Shown here: piece after piece, positions 1 to 14,000 of the stretch
How positions within the stretch are numbered: the stretch's first letter is position 1
Layout of the letters: every line of letters starts with the position of its first letter
NCBI RefSeq assembly: GCF_000150275.1
Contig: NW_002060951.1
Coordinates: forward strand, 2,662,580-2,726,579
DNA: 64,000 nucleotides
Direction: 5' to 3'
Source of the DNA: Trichoplax adhaerens
Lineage: Eukaryota; Animalia; Placozoa
The notes under the pieces: generated by a model
Told to the model about the DNA's origin: nothing
Databases searched by the model: none
What the model saw: the letters and a program-made list of their open reading frames with translations, nothing else
Position numbers and translations under genes: made by a program

Positions 1-458
1 AAAGGACATTTTAACGGAAAAAGGTTTCTCCTCGTTACGCAGATTTTCCCGAAGCAAGTTCACTTGCGGTTTGCTCCACTGTACCTTAATATTCAAGCTC
101 GAATAATCAATATCAGCTTGCTTCTTACAGTCAATTATACTAGTATTAATAAATCATGCGACTGCTTAATAATTGTAAAATCGTTTGCATGCAGGCCTCT
201 AGACTGTGTCACTATCACTACCTGGATAACGCGAAAGGAACTCTTAAGATCGTTTACCGAATTTCAATGCACCTTAAGCCTTTTTTGATGAATTGCATGG
301 CATAATCAAATTGATGTCGAGACATAAATCAGCGAATTGACTATTAAATTAGCAATCAGTGATACGCTTATGATTTACAGTATCTTGAGGTTGATGAACA
401 GCATCTTTCATTTAGCTTTCGTACTTGATTTCGTTGAAGCAAGAATACCAGTATTACC

Positions 459-2781
459 ATGTGTTTAATGTTGTTATTCTCCGCTAAAATGATAACCCTG
501 GCAATATTCTTCGTAGCCATGCCTCTATGTGTTACATTTATCGGATCTGTGGTCACCATCAAATTTGCTATACTAACGTCAATGTTTATATGCGTAATGG
601 ATGCACTTCATCTGTGGTTCGTAAGGAAATTGCTATTTACGATAGTCGATATTCTACGAGAAATAAAATTATTAATTTAATAACATTGTTATCTAATAAT
701 TAATATTTAAACATCTTGTAGCAATTGCGCGGTGCTATTCCTCCCGGTACTAGTATTACTGTTAATCGTGCCGGTAAACGTCATTCCAACATTCGCGATG
801 TCATTGTATAGTTTTTTCCTTGGCCTCTCTGGACTGTTAACTGCTTTCCTAGAGCCTTACGCTATTACGAGTCTAAGTATGCTTTACAGCCAAAAGCTAG
901 TTGATGAATCGTTGCAATGGCCAACCTTTAATAAGGTTAGTGTTTCGCCACCTTTTTGAACCCACCAAAATCTACAGGATCAGGAGCTACACTTATTATT
1001 CGTAACAATGTAGCAGACATTTTCTTAGTCGAGTTGAAATCTAAAATCATCATTAATTACAATCAGTCCGTTTATTAGTGTAACATGAAAGTTAGGTGGA
1101 TTAACTTTAAAAACAATGTACGAATATATCCAGTCTCATACTTTGATATCAGTACATGTAAGAATATTTCAGATCATGTAGCCTTCAAGATTGCCCTTAA
1201 GTATTTACAGTAACTCCTTAAAATTTTTATTACGTGGTTATTGGTGTGGTTGACTTCTAGAATTGTCCATGTTGATACTCACAACAACTTTCATACATAC
1301 GTATATATTCTAGTATCATCAATTAAAAATAAATGAGTTATAATGATTTTAATGTTTATAACTTTTCAAGGGGATCATCTTGGCCATTACTGTAACGTGC
1401 TATACAGCTTCGGTTAAGTTGGGCTTCCTTCTATTGTTTCAGGGCGAAGCTATGCTATACTGGTATCTAAAGCTAATGTGATTGCTGCTGTAATTACGCT
1501 AATCGTCAATAAGGCTACATTTTTCTTAAAATTTATTTATATCAATACTGCTATGAAACGAAGAGTGAATATTCACGAAGTTATGTTTTGATTTCTGATG
1601 CTATTATTGATATATTGGTGAAACAGGCCAATATTATGTATTGTGGTTCTGGCTATCCTTATCGGCACAGCTTCTATCATTAAAGATGAAGGTAACTACA
1701 CCCATGACCAACCTCTAGTATGTATATATTTGTTGAGACACAATTTGGCACTGGAATCAAATTTTGGGGGAATTTGTCCAATTTTCTTACAGGAAAAGGC
1801 TAAATATCGTAATATTATGAAACAAAAGTTTTGTAAGGGTTACAAGAATCTAATTTAACGATGATAAGTGCTTATATTAGCAATACTAACTTCTTCAGGC
1901 ATCATTTCGGATGCTGCTGTTATTACTGTGGGAATGTTTTGGTTTATCAGTACGCTGTCAACTGAAAATTCAATTAAAACGCAGTTCCAAATTACAGATC
2001 AAAGGCATTTAATGTAATATTAATTTCTTAGCCTGAATAACTAGAACCTATAATTGCATACGCAATTGTATTAACAAATTCTATTGATAAATACGTAGAT
2101 CCATTGACGACGCAGGAACAAGTATCCTTGCTTATTTTTGGATTTTTACTAATTCGGTTATATGTACGCAACTTCAAACACTTTTAATCCATAACAGATA
2201 TTGCCTTCCTTCGATGAATCCTTTGCGTTACTAAGTTTTAACTTTATCTTACAGCATTTGCGGATTTCGGCAAGCTCTTATTGGGTTACTATTTATCGGG
2301 AATGTTTTTGTTACAAGTTTTCATTCGAATAAGCTCCTTTCTTTATATGCTAAGCATTATTATGCAATATGTGCAGGTGAATGTATAGTTCACTTTGCAC
2401 ACTACACTATATAAAATCTACTTTGCATGTACTGTGATACTTTATGATTTGTATTTTCGCGTATATGATACAGTATAGTATATGTAACTTAGTCGCTCCT
2501 TATAGCTTACGTTAACGCTTATACGAATATTCTTTTGTTAACAGGAAAGTCCCATGGTGACAGTAGATAAGAATGTGTCATCATTTCCGAACATTTTACA
2601 GATTCTTATCACAATTTTTGCCTATACCGAGCTTCTGCTCACTGTTGCGGTTAATATACGAAGTGATATAAATATTCCAGCGTGGCAGTTACGATTCTTT
2701 ATTTCCAATCGTAGCATTAAGGTAACTCAGGCTCTCTCGCTAGCTATTATTTATTTGTGGAGAATGGCAAATGTTGACTAA
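459..2781 (+). pseudogene. Decayed or highly divergent multi-exon MFS membrane transporter, loosely SLC37A4/G6PT-like
   Basis: Hydrophobic ORF fragments (459-680, 732-959, 1643-1858, 2554-2781) and short pieces in the same order as G6PT segments: GSSWPLL (~1372; cf. GLGWPPC), ILVSKANVIAAV (~1457), AFADFGKLLLGYYLSG (~2254; cf. ALEVGGLVGSIAAGYLSD), VTVDK...MANV. Stops and frame changes interrupt them. The similarity is by eye only. Confidence 0.3.
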
Positions 2782-3767
2782 TTAATTATAATTATTGATG
2801 TAAATATATATAGAGGTCATACCGCTGATGACATGATACCATTGTATATTTGATAATGTTAAAATGACTGAATCAATAGCGTTAGCTATATTTTTAGATT
2901 AATATTAATTCAATGTGTCCTAAGGCGAATAAAATTGGAATAGGACTTTTATGGGTATAAAGCATGATGCAATTAGATAGCCTCATTTGATGATATTCGC
3001 TGTATGTGTTTATGACCTAGAAAATATATCTCTTAGAAAGTAAGTAGGTTTATTTCTTTGCAATCATAAATGAAAAATTTCAAGTGGTTGAATGAAGAAC
3101 TTCATTTACTTTTTACTTGATAATCATCTTATCTCGGGTGCAATGACTGTCGACGTATATTTTGTTGCATACTAGTAATACCGATATTCATAAGGTCTAT
3201 TACAGAATCCGATAGATATTGCAACACTAATCAATAGTGGATACCGGTAAAAATTTTACCCAAACCTTAAATTCCGCAATATGATTGTGTATATATTGCA
3301 GCTATAATGACAACATCATCGACTGCCCGTGTGTAAGCGTATATCCGTATTACTTACGAAAAGCGATCATATATTTATGCGTATGTGGGAAGCTAAGGAA
3401 CAAATGGTTAACAGCCAGATTTTTGCAATAAGCCTTGTTAAGAGATAGTATTGTCATAAAATAATGTTCATATACTCATTTAGCATTTTAATGTAAAGAT
3501 GTTGAAACTTTATTGTAAGAATTCTCAAGTAGTGTCTCTTACCAATAATGGAAATATGAACTTAAGGAAATAACGACAATTTTATGCATTCTTGCTTAAT
3601 CATAAAACGAAATTCGCGATACTATGATTGGTTTTCGGAATAAACGGACAGGTTAAAGTGTCCAAATACATACAATCTAAATATTTGCAATTATGAGAAT
3701 ACTGTTGAAAATTTGGCTTTGCTTCGTAACTGATATGCCATAGCTTGCAAAAGTTCTCGTAATAGTA

Positions 3768-3965
3768 TGTAGTCTAAGTTATAGAGATAGAAATTAAGGT
3801 ACAGTGTGAGAGCTAGCGTAGATCAGCGTGCAAGCTGTCGTGAATTAGCGTGTGGAATACTAAGGCACTAATAATTCTATGGTAGAAAATGCCGGAATTT
3901 ACATTTATTGAATTAGAGAACAGGATTGTAGAATTATATATACTATATTCCATAACAGGTTAGTT
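3768..3965 (-). mobile_element. Partial copy of older LTR-like repeat (family B), without the nested insertion
   Basis: Starts TGTAG. Shares blocks with 4964-5110 (gtagatcaRcgtg..agctgYcgtga, ctaataat, ggtagaaaatg) and with 5495-5545 (agagaacaKgattgtagRatta, acaggtta). Right boundary approximate. Confidence 0.55.
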
Positions 3966-4630
3966 CGAAAAGAGATACGCTTATTGTTATTCCAAAATAT
4001 TATAATGTATGCAATTTAATTTTATATTGTTGTGATTACCGAATGACTATCTGAAAAATAAATCAGAATCTAGCCGTAGAAATTATTTTAAATCTAAAAA
4101 AATTCAACTTTTGATGTATTCTGATTTACTTCAACGGATTGCTATTAATCTTTATATACGTTCACACGTAATAATTATTAATTTAAGTACTATAAGAATA
4201 CCGTATAAAAGCACGTACATCAAATGGATATTGGTACCTTCATCTTAATATTTTGAGATCAGTAAGACATATGAAATAGACTAAATTGACCAGCAATGAT
4301 ATCTTGTAACAGGTATTTTTATTATTAAAATTGTAAGTGCAATAAAAGTATCTCATAAACATAATTATCCTAGTTCAGGAGGAATTTTAGAAAAGGCTTT
4401 ATTACAAAGTTTAAGAATAATAGAGTAATAATTAATAAGATAAGAACCAATTCTAAAGTATTCTGAGCTCAAAGTGAAGTGAAGTTTTATGTGAGCTCAT
4501 CTCCACAGTTCTTAAATACAATTTGCTTTATTTATTTATGGCAAAACTTTGTTGCTTGAATCAGAATTGAGTCATCAAACAGAAGATTTCTACATGTTTT
4601 ATAGTACGACTCAATCTGCTTAAAATATTA

Positions 4631-4737
4631 CTAGTACAAACTCCCGTCACTTAGCTGACGGTTTACGATAATGTGCTCATTTAGCAGATAGTATTACCAT
4701 TTGATAGACCTGTCTGAGGTTCAGTAACTTTATACCG
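4631..4737 (-). mobile_element. Helitron 3'-terminal fragment, copy 1
   Basis: Minus strand ends CCGTCA-gctaag-TGACGG hairpin, 9 nt spacer, CTAG, then T, which is the canonical Helitron 3' end. About 107 bp are highly similar to 27293-27401. Confidence 0.7.
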
Positions 4738-4963
4738 AGTCATATAAATCTTATGCCACCAGTAATTAACTGACAAATATCAGTAATCAACAGTTTTTAA
4801 TACCGTAATTAACGTCCTCTAATATTAGAATCGCAACAATATCTAATATCTATTCTTTAAATCTAACTATATTGTGATGGAGGGTTCGAAGAGTCGGATA
4901 ATGTGGTTTTAGTTGTCATGCAGAGACTTGCACAAGGAGCTTAAGAAAAAGAGAATACTTTAT

Positions 4964-5762
4964 TGTAGATAGTAGTTAGGTATAATGTGATAATTACGGT
5001 AGATCAACGTGGTAGCTGCCGTGAGTAAATTGTGAATACTACCTGTAGCTAATAATGCTACTCAAGAAATCTAAGGTAGAAAATGGTGGTATTTATGGCT
5101 ATGGCATTAGAACACATCGCTGCCACCATGTAATAATATCTTCTTTAAGTAGCGTAAAGTGTTTTAAGGTAGACGATGATAGAAGGTATAAAGGATTTTA
5201 TTGAGATACAAGTTATAGGCTAACAATGATATGGTTGTTATAGATAAGGTATTTGAGATAGCAGGAACGTAAGAACTGACTAACGAGTTAGCGTACAAGG
5301 GTATTTATAGGTTTTAGATGAGATTGAGATAATATCTTTATATGTATAGCATTTCGTCTATATGTGGTCATGATGTCGTACATTATGAATGTAATGCAAT
5401 ACAGTACTTAAACAGTATATGATAAGTATTCATATATTAGGATATTACTATACTAGGCATCTTCTATATAAGATCATAATGTTACAAACACATGCAGAGA
5501 ACATGATTGTAGGATTAGATACAACATATACCATTACAGGTTATAGAATAGCAGATGATTGTAGAAAATAGCGAGTACTGTAATAACTAAATACAGTAAC
5601 CTATATATGAATGTGAAGTAAGTGGACTGTAGATATGTCTAAATATAAGAGTAATACAACATGTCTATATTTAAGAGTAGAATATAGTTACAGTATATTC
5701 TAAATACACTATATATATCAAATATAGCTATCAATACAATCAAATGTAGGCGCATCACTACA
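4964..5762 (-). mobile_element. Older LTR-like element (family B, ~420 bp net) interrupted by the family A LTR
   Basis: TGTAG...CTACA inverted termini; both halves match the uninterrupted copy at 3768-3965; minus-strand CATAAATA TATA-like box near 5090. No TSD seen. Confidence 0.55.
5118..5486 (-). mobile_element. 358-bp LTR (family A, 5129-5486) plus an 11-nt primer-binding-site remnant (5118-5128)
   Basis: TGTAA...TTACA termini; minus strand has a CTATAAATA TATA box (~5302-5310) followed by AATAAA (~5197-5202). TGGTGGCAGCG follows the LTR directly and is complementary to a tRNA-Leu 3' end (CGCTGCCACCA). Flanked by AACACAT direct repeats (5111-5117, 5487-5493). Near-identical to 26897-27254. 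Confidence 0.85.
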
Positions 5763-8700
5763 GGTTTATGCTATGCAATAGCTTCATTTAATGATCTGCG
5801 ACTAACGTGTTGTGATTACTAACATATATCTTACTGATTCGAGATAACTTATGTAAATATGTGTTACAATCAGGAAGTGCTTACTAAATAAGACTTTTTT
5901 TAGTTACGATGAATTAAAGAACTTTTTAAAATGATTTGGATGAGGATTACATTCTGACTTACTAGAATTATCAGGTTCTCTTACGAGTAAAGTTCCCCCT
6001 CCTAAACTCAGTTAAATCTAACAGCAACTATCGATAATTAATCAGTCCCGATTTATCTTCGTGTATATCCATATAATCCCTTATTTCAGCATACTTAAAA
6101 TACTAGACGATCGAGTTTAGTTAAGTATGATTCTTATCTTTGTATATAATTATTGTCGCTAAACATTTAGCATCCTTTTTCAAAATTTCAACCTATAACT
6201 TCATTAAACACGGTAACCTACGTTTATATATACACCTATCAAACAGTCTCTATTGGTACTTGGGCTGTTTAAGATGTTGCATTTGAACTAGATCCATTTC
6301 ATTAGATTTAAAATGAAAGCTAGTTTATCAGATAGTAAGTACTGGGAAAATAAAATCTATCTATTATACTGGAATAGATAACTATTAGTTGTTAATGTGC
6401 AAAAGGATTATCTATGATGGAATGAGCTGTCAAACCAATACATTACTGAAGTAGTCACAATAGATAAAACTATTATCGATTATGTCAATTATTGTAATTT
6501 GAAATATGATAATTAAAACTGCGCTATTAGTCAATAAATGTCTTTATGAAAAGAAGGCACGTTGAGAATTCCACTCAATAAAATCGTGAAGGTAGGAGGT
6601 GCATAAAAACAGCTGAGTTAAATTATTTTTATTGACGTGAAACGAAATTCATTGTGCAGATTTGATTGATGTTGATAGGCCTTCCCACTAATGATAAAAA
6701 TGCATTCTTCTTAAAAGCAATAATTGTACACTGAAAATAAACATAAATTACACCAATTATATTATTCTTGCATGCTGTGTTATAGACTCCGATCAATTCT
6801 GAATACGTGTACATCATATTGTATTAATTTGGCTTCTCTCTCACATTTAATTTACACAAGGCTGTCAATTTTTTACATATTTAACTACACCACTATAGAA
6901 CAAAAAATGCTATTTATACAGACATCAGAATTGGATACATTTAAAATCTTTAGACGTTGTTCCGCATCTATCGACTCGTGATATGCTAGCGTAATGCTCA
7001 AATTTGAATCGACTAAATTTTATATATTACCAATACTGAAGTTTTGTAACCTTAATTAGTAACATTATATCTAGTATCCCTTCCAGCTATTTCTTTATTA
7101 CATTAACATTAAGCCATTTACAATTTCGTTTAAATGAAACTTGTAGGCTGCTCTACTTGTACTTCAATAGTACACTCTAAGCACAGCATGATATCAGTTA
7201 TTCCATCGTTCGTCAAGTTCATCGCCATTGCATCCCTTATTAGCTGTAACTTTATGATCATTATTAGTACTTCTGACTTAGGCTCTTAATTAATTTCACA
7301 TTCCTAGCGATTAAGATATTTATAATACAGAGAGCTACTTCATCTATCGTTGATGCCTCTGCTACTAATAAAATACAAAATTTTTATCACAACATTTTTT
7401 CTAAACGACCAGTTCAATACAGCATTAAATAAAATAATCTTAGCTATCTTCTGAAAGTCATATGAGAAGCGTGCTAACTCTCTCATCAGTCATTCAATTA
7501 ACTTGTTAATGACATCTCGATGAAAAGATCATTGTTAAGAACACTAATTTAATATTCATGAGCCACTCTTCAATTAAATTTGAAATATGTCCAATCAGAG
7601 CAGAATGTGGCAAAATGCCGCTTTGACCAATTGTGCTAATCGTTCCATCGGCGGTCACTCAATCTTATGAATTGCTTTTATGGTAATGATTCTTCTGAAT
7701 CCGAATGATGTGCAAAATATAGATAGCGACAACAAAGTTTTAAATATGTACCGCAACGTATAGAATCAATCTGCACTAAAAACACATTTCTTGCATACGC
7801 AGCTACGCTTAGATAATGTTAATTGCTAACATTTTCTGTAGATACCTTCACCTACCATATACAAAGAACTTAGTATTGGTTTACATTCAGCACGAAAGAT
7901 CTTTTACCGTCTTTAAGAAACGGTTACTTCAGATGCTATCTCAGTTCTGATTTCCCTAGCACAGGTAATTGTTCACGCTAGATCTACTAAGTTACCAACG
8001 ATCGATAAGACATTTGGTATGCAATTTTAAGGCAATAGCCATCGCTTCATTATAAAATGATACAATCATAAAATAGCTTATCCACAAGACATGAATATTC
8101 TAGTCTGGAAAATACATAAATCTCTATATACCTTTAATTTACGTAGTTATAGAAATATTCTTTTATAGTTGAGTTTTCAAAGAAGGCTACCTGCAACTGC
8201 TAGATTGATAACCATGCAATAGATATCTTCTTGCATAGGAGTGTATATTATTATTTAACCTTTAACGGTCGCAACTCATCATGTTCTTATGCATATAACC
8301 CTCCTACATTTACTTTATTAAAATATATACTGATATCATACGATATACTCTCGTAGACATATCAAAGAGCTAAGATAAATAGCAGAAAGAATGAATGATT
8401 TATTTAATAAAATATAACCAGAGAAAAGAATAGGAGACTTTCAATCAAGACTTTATGGCCATTATATATCAAATTAAATTATATTTCAGCGAGTTGAGGG
8501 CGATAATGTAATAACGCTAATATCCTAATTTTACCGCTATCTATATAATAGGATATTGGATAGGGTGTTGTGGTTGCCTATCGAACGAGTAGTACGCAAT
8601 TATGGTTATGGTATCCTACGATTGATTATAACCTATTCATATCGCCGTAAGCAATTAAGTATAACCAGCATACATTCTTTCATCACTTGCTAACATACCA

Positions 8701-10401
8701 ACAAATTGAGAGAAGAAAATAATCCTAATGCCTCAAAACAACATGAATAAAGACTTTACTGGAAAATAAGAGCCTAGCTATGAAAATTCCTTAAAAATTA
8801 TAACAGAATAAAATTAATTCATTTTGTAGTTCTAATTTGTTATCGAATAACTGTGCTTTCAGCTTTACTTACAACATAATCTATTATTGTAAGACATAGA
8901 GATAATATAGATTGTGAATGATTATTGCTTTGAAACATGATACAGCAACTGTTGCCATTCAAAGCGTACAAAGCCAAAATGCAATGTTTTCTGATATTAG
9001 CTGAATCACGATAGTTTTACTGTTGATATAAGAATTAACACTGTAGATACTCTAATACAGGAGAGTTAAGATGTTGCAAATGATTGCCATACTCAAATGA
9101 GATTAATTTGAACGATTATATGTATACGTGCTACAGAAATCTAGGAATGCTAGATAATGAAAATAAAACGGATAACGGAAAATCAAGAGATCGAAGATTA
9201 AATATTATACATTAGTAAGCATAAGTGTTAAATTAACATTAGAAATGCGATCAATTGGATATCTACTGTGATTAATTATCTTGTACTACTAAAGTAATAA
9301 TTAACTCCGAATCTTTATGCATGCCTTATAGTTAAGTATAACTTCCTCATCACATTTCAATTCATGATGAACTGTACCTCCTTTTGGTCAATAAAAATTA
9401 AAATGGAATGAAATAACAAAATAAAATATTATTGACTGAAAGACGACAATGATTTCTGAAAGGGATAACAATCATTTACCATTACGATCTAATAGAAGGG
9501 ATATATATGAATAACCAATCGTCTTCTATATTTTCTTCTAAAGATTTTGCTGCATACTCTCCATAGTTGAGTTATAATCAGAAAAAGAATAAATTATGAA
9601 GGAAAACACTCCTCCAGGAGGTGATCAAGCATTTGTCACATGATCATGATGAACAAAAATTATCAAAAGAATTAACGGAATTGGTAGGATTGCTGTTGTC
9701 AGCAACATCTAATTGGATAATAGAAGCAATGTATTGTCGCGAAGATTGAAATACAGTACAATCAATTGAAAGGTGGGCGTCAGGTCACAGGCGTCAACAT
9801 CAAATCCCCATATTAAATGGTTAAGATAAATAAAATTTCTGTATAAAAACATATACAGATATGAAAAGAGAGCTAGTGACTACCTGATTGTATAGAAGAT
9901 AATAAAAAAGAGTTGGATCATGGGGAGTTTATAGAATTGGAATGATGATCGATTAATATGACATCAGTTCTAAACAATAGAGAGTATAGGGTATAAATAT
10001 CATCGTTAATTACGGTGAAAAGTAACTCATGAAAGTTAAAAATCGATTGAGTACATCGCAGTAGTAGTCTATCGGTACTGACTATACACTGTCAATCAAA
10101 TCAAGCGCCAAATGGGCAATTGATTCCCACCTTGTAAAATATTTTCTAACTAATCCACGTGGTTAAAGGAGAAAAGAAGGGGCTGGTGCTACCGTAACAA
10201 AACTATTTTTGTTCTACTGTATACAGAACAGTACCCGTAAATCGCCACTACGTAGAGTCCTGATGAGAACAACGGTCTAAGAGGAAAGAGTTATTGCGCT
10301 AAGACAAAAAGAGTAGCACGATATAAAATAAGGTGTAGTCAGTTACTACAGTACAGTAGCTTTGGTAGTTTACGCTTCAAATTTTTTAAAATTTAGTAAA
10401 G

Positions 10402-10418
10402 CACAACAACAACAACAA
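10402..10418. repeat. Short (CAA)n microsatellite
   Basis: cacaacaacaacaacaa upstream of Musashi. Confidence 0.7.
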
Positions 10419-11099
10419 ATAGGCTAGTAGCATTTCAAACTATCTACTTCTATTACAGTAGGAACAGATTCTAGTTAGTGATATATTGGTTAGTAGTTTT
10501 TTGTGCGCTACATTCATAATTTCAGCTTCTAGTATAAAACTAGTTTGAACTGCTGCTATAGTTAACCTTCATCTAGACCATTTTTCAACTATCAGCTGTA
10601 GATATTTCGTAAGCCGGAATTTATCTAGCAATTAAAATTATATAACGAGACATATAGATATATATGGTATATAGAAGAAAGTGATATCTATCTATACTAT
10701 ACATAGATAAAGCCCCTTGGAATCAGCTCATCGCAAGACAAGCCATATCGATAGAGTCACTATCGTCATTTTAGGTCGAAATCGCTATTATTGATTTAAC
10801 CTCGTTATACAAATATACGCGAACGCTTTTGGCATCACCCTTTGGTCGATTTACATACCGTTCTACAACGCAAGAAAGATAGAATAAACTGTTATAAAGT
10901 GATTCTATCTTACCAACTACTGGAAGTTAAAAGATTACCAGCACTTAAAGTCATTCTTAATTTCACTACGATTTAGTTACAAAATATTCTTATTATTTTT
11001 GAAAAGGACTGCCTTTACCTAAGTTACCAGTAACTCTACCTCGGCATACCATTTACTTTTATCAGTCAGTTAACGGTTGAATTTAAAAATATTCTAGCA

Positions 11100-14000
11100 A
11101 TGGAAAATAATCAAGAAGAAAAACAATCAGATAAACCAGAAGAACAACAGCAAGTGCAAGACGAGCAGCAAACTTCGGCACCAAGTTCACCACCACCATC
11201 ATCAACAACAGCGATGACTACGACCACGTCTACTAATTCGATTTCAAGTAGTACAGCGAATGCTAACGAATTGGCAGCGAACGCGTCAAGCAGTGAATTA
11301 TCGCAGGATCCAGGGTAAGTCATAATACGTTTTCCTGGGCATGTCTTCAAATATTTTTTGTTTATTCAGGTCAGTAATTTTAATCGACAGTTTAGTTTGA
11401 CACCTAATCTATGATAGCACTTTTATTCTTATCCAATTTTCATTCCTAACCGGAGTATCTTCAAATTAGATCAATTGCTGTCATAAAATTGTCAGTTTAA
11501 ACTTGAACTGTTTTTTATACTATAATTTTATCTTCAAACAATCCTTATTTTACTCTACTATCGTAAACTTTTCACTCTAAGATCATTATTGGCATGGGAT
11601 ACTATTTTTTATATCAAATACTGGTACAATATCGATAGATCTAGCTAGATATTTCTCAGATGACTAACTTTATCGCTGCCTTTTCAAGATAATTAATGAC
11701 CTGCCGTGTACTGTAACTCTGGGGGTTGATACACTACTAAAACTTTTATATCAACTAACTTAATCGGTTCCCGTATCATTTCTTTTTTCGGAGAACTCAA
11801 TTTATCGCTCTAAGTTTGATACTATGGTTTAACATTTTACTAATTTAACAACAAATCCATTATAATCTAATTTTTTTTCTTTCCTATCCTTTACTTTGCT
11901 TTTGGTTGTCGCTCATGGTCAATAGCAAAATGTTTATAGGTGGTCTAAGTTGGATGACTAACACAGGTCAGTATCTATTTCCAGTGATTATAAGAAGCAG
12001 TAGGATACGAGTACAAGATAAACTATTCAAATTAATAAAACAATTAAATTCGATCCGCAATACTAGTAGTTTTACATGGAGTCGAATACATCAATGCTTT
12101 TACACTTCAATATTATTGCTATTACCTTATCATCAACTATTCCTTAGCAGCATAGTTTAACGACATTCCTGTTTTACGTTATGTGTCAATTATTATCTTC
12201 CTCCATTGTATCTTTACTAGTATTCTTATTCTCTTCTTTCCTTGTTATTGTCATACTATGGAAGTTGTTTCGGTTATAACAGTCCAACAAATCTAATTCA
12301 GTCTTGCAATAGCTTGTCGCCATAATATAAAATTAATTGTTGAAAAAGTTTTAATGATAGATGAAGCTGTTGCCATTAAGGAATATTAAGTCCGTACGCT
12401 TTACTATACACATCTAATCTCACCGCTTGTTTTTAGTTTAAAGCATTTTTTAAATCATTTCCTTCTTTAGATTGCTGCTAATCTTTAGATTTAATTGCAT
12501 AATCTTCAATAGTATGGTACTCAGTAAGACTGCTACGGCAAAATATTTTTCTTTTGCAGTATAATAGCTAATACTAATTTGCAAAAAATCTATGTTACGA
12601 CTCCTTACAAATTTAAAATCTGAATCTCTGTAGTTGTAACAACCACTTTATTCCCTTATCGCGCTTTAATAACGTTTCTTTATGTTTCAATTTCAACTAG
12701 AAAAATTACGGGAATACTTCGAGAAATACGGTGAAATCACTGAATGCGTTATCATGCATGATCCCATTACCAAACGCTCAAGGTTTGTTAGAATTTAGAT
12801 CATAGAAGGTTAAATCATTCATACCTGATGGCCATATCACCGTTAATTGATTAATTATCAAAGTCTTGAGACTTTTTAATCTATCTTACCGCTTTTGATC
12901 GTGCCCGAAACGTCAAATAACTTACGGAATTTTTCGGAATTTTAGATTCAACAAACTTTGCTTTTCAGTATTACGATGCTAGGATCGCAATATTTGTATT
13001 ATCCATAACGATCAATTTCATTTCTGTTTTTTAATGCGATGAATCTATGTATAGTCATATTTAAAATACGCTAAATTTTTAAGTTATGCCTTCGTAATAA
13101 TAACTATTAGGTTATAATTCTCAAATATGGGTATCTAATTCCGACCCAGAGTTAGGAGAGGGGCTATAAATCGTGTAGCCTTTATTCGGTAGTGATAGTC
13201 GCCTTAAGAAATAACTAATGATGTCCAAATCCAATTGAATGTAAAATTTACACTCACTCAGTTATAAGATACCGTATTAGTAAGCTCTTTTACTTCTCTT
13301 TATCTCAGTCGTGTTTCATTTTAATAAATGTTCGAAAAAGTTACCAGTATTGCCAGTAAAACTCGGTAATGATAGGCCTTCAAACATGCCAATGCACTTT
13401 GTAATACAGTATCGCTCAACTTATGAATATCAATTCAGGATAGTTATTGATTGATAGGCGTCATTATTATTATGTGTGTATTATTACTACTCCCTTAATT
13501 TTCTAATGTTATTGATTTATGACCATATTTGCTCGACTTATTGCTAAAAGGCATATTTAATAGAGAGAATAGCATGACAGTAAATAGACCAATATCTTTA
13601 AATTCTATTCAAGAATAGAAAGAAATTGATGTTTAAGATCTATCATTTTGAAATACTTAAATTCACTCATTGACAGAGAAAAGCCTTTTGTATTTCTGCG
13701 CTATAATATTAAGATTAAATAATAAAAAATACTGTATGAACATTTTCAATGGAAGACTTAGCTAGCTTCACTGTGTTCGTTCAAATTATCTGTTAAGCCT
13801 TCGTACTTTAGATTATTTCACATGTTTCCTGATGTTAATTTTCCTATCTTAATGATTGTATACGAATTAAATCCTTTAGTAATTCTAATTTTTCGTTCGA
13901 CACGATATTTAAAAACTAGACCTTATTACTCTTAGTTGTAAGGGTCTATTTGACTATATTTAGTTTTATCCACGAATACGCAATGCTGTGAGACTTCTGT

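Noticed and set aside
10255-10295. CTGATGAG...GAAA resembling a hammerhead ribozyme core
   Set aside because: No stem II can form between the two core strands, and no convincing stems I/III.
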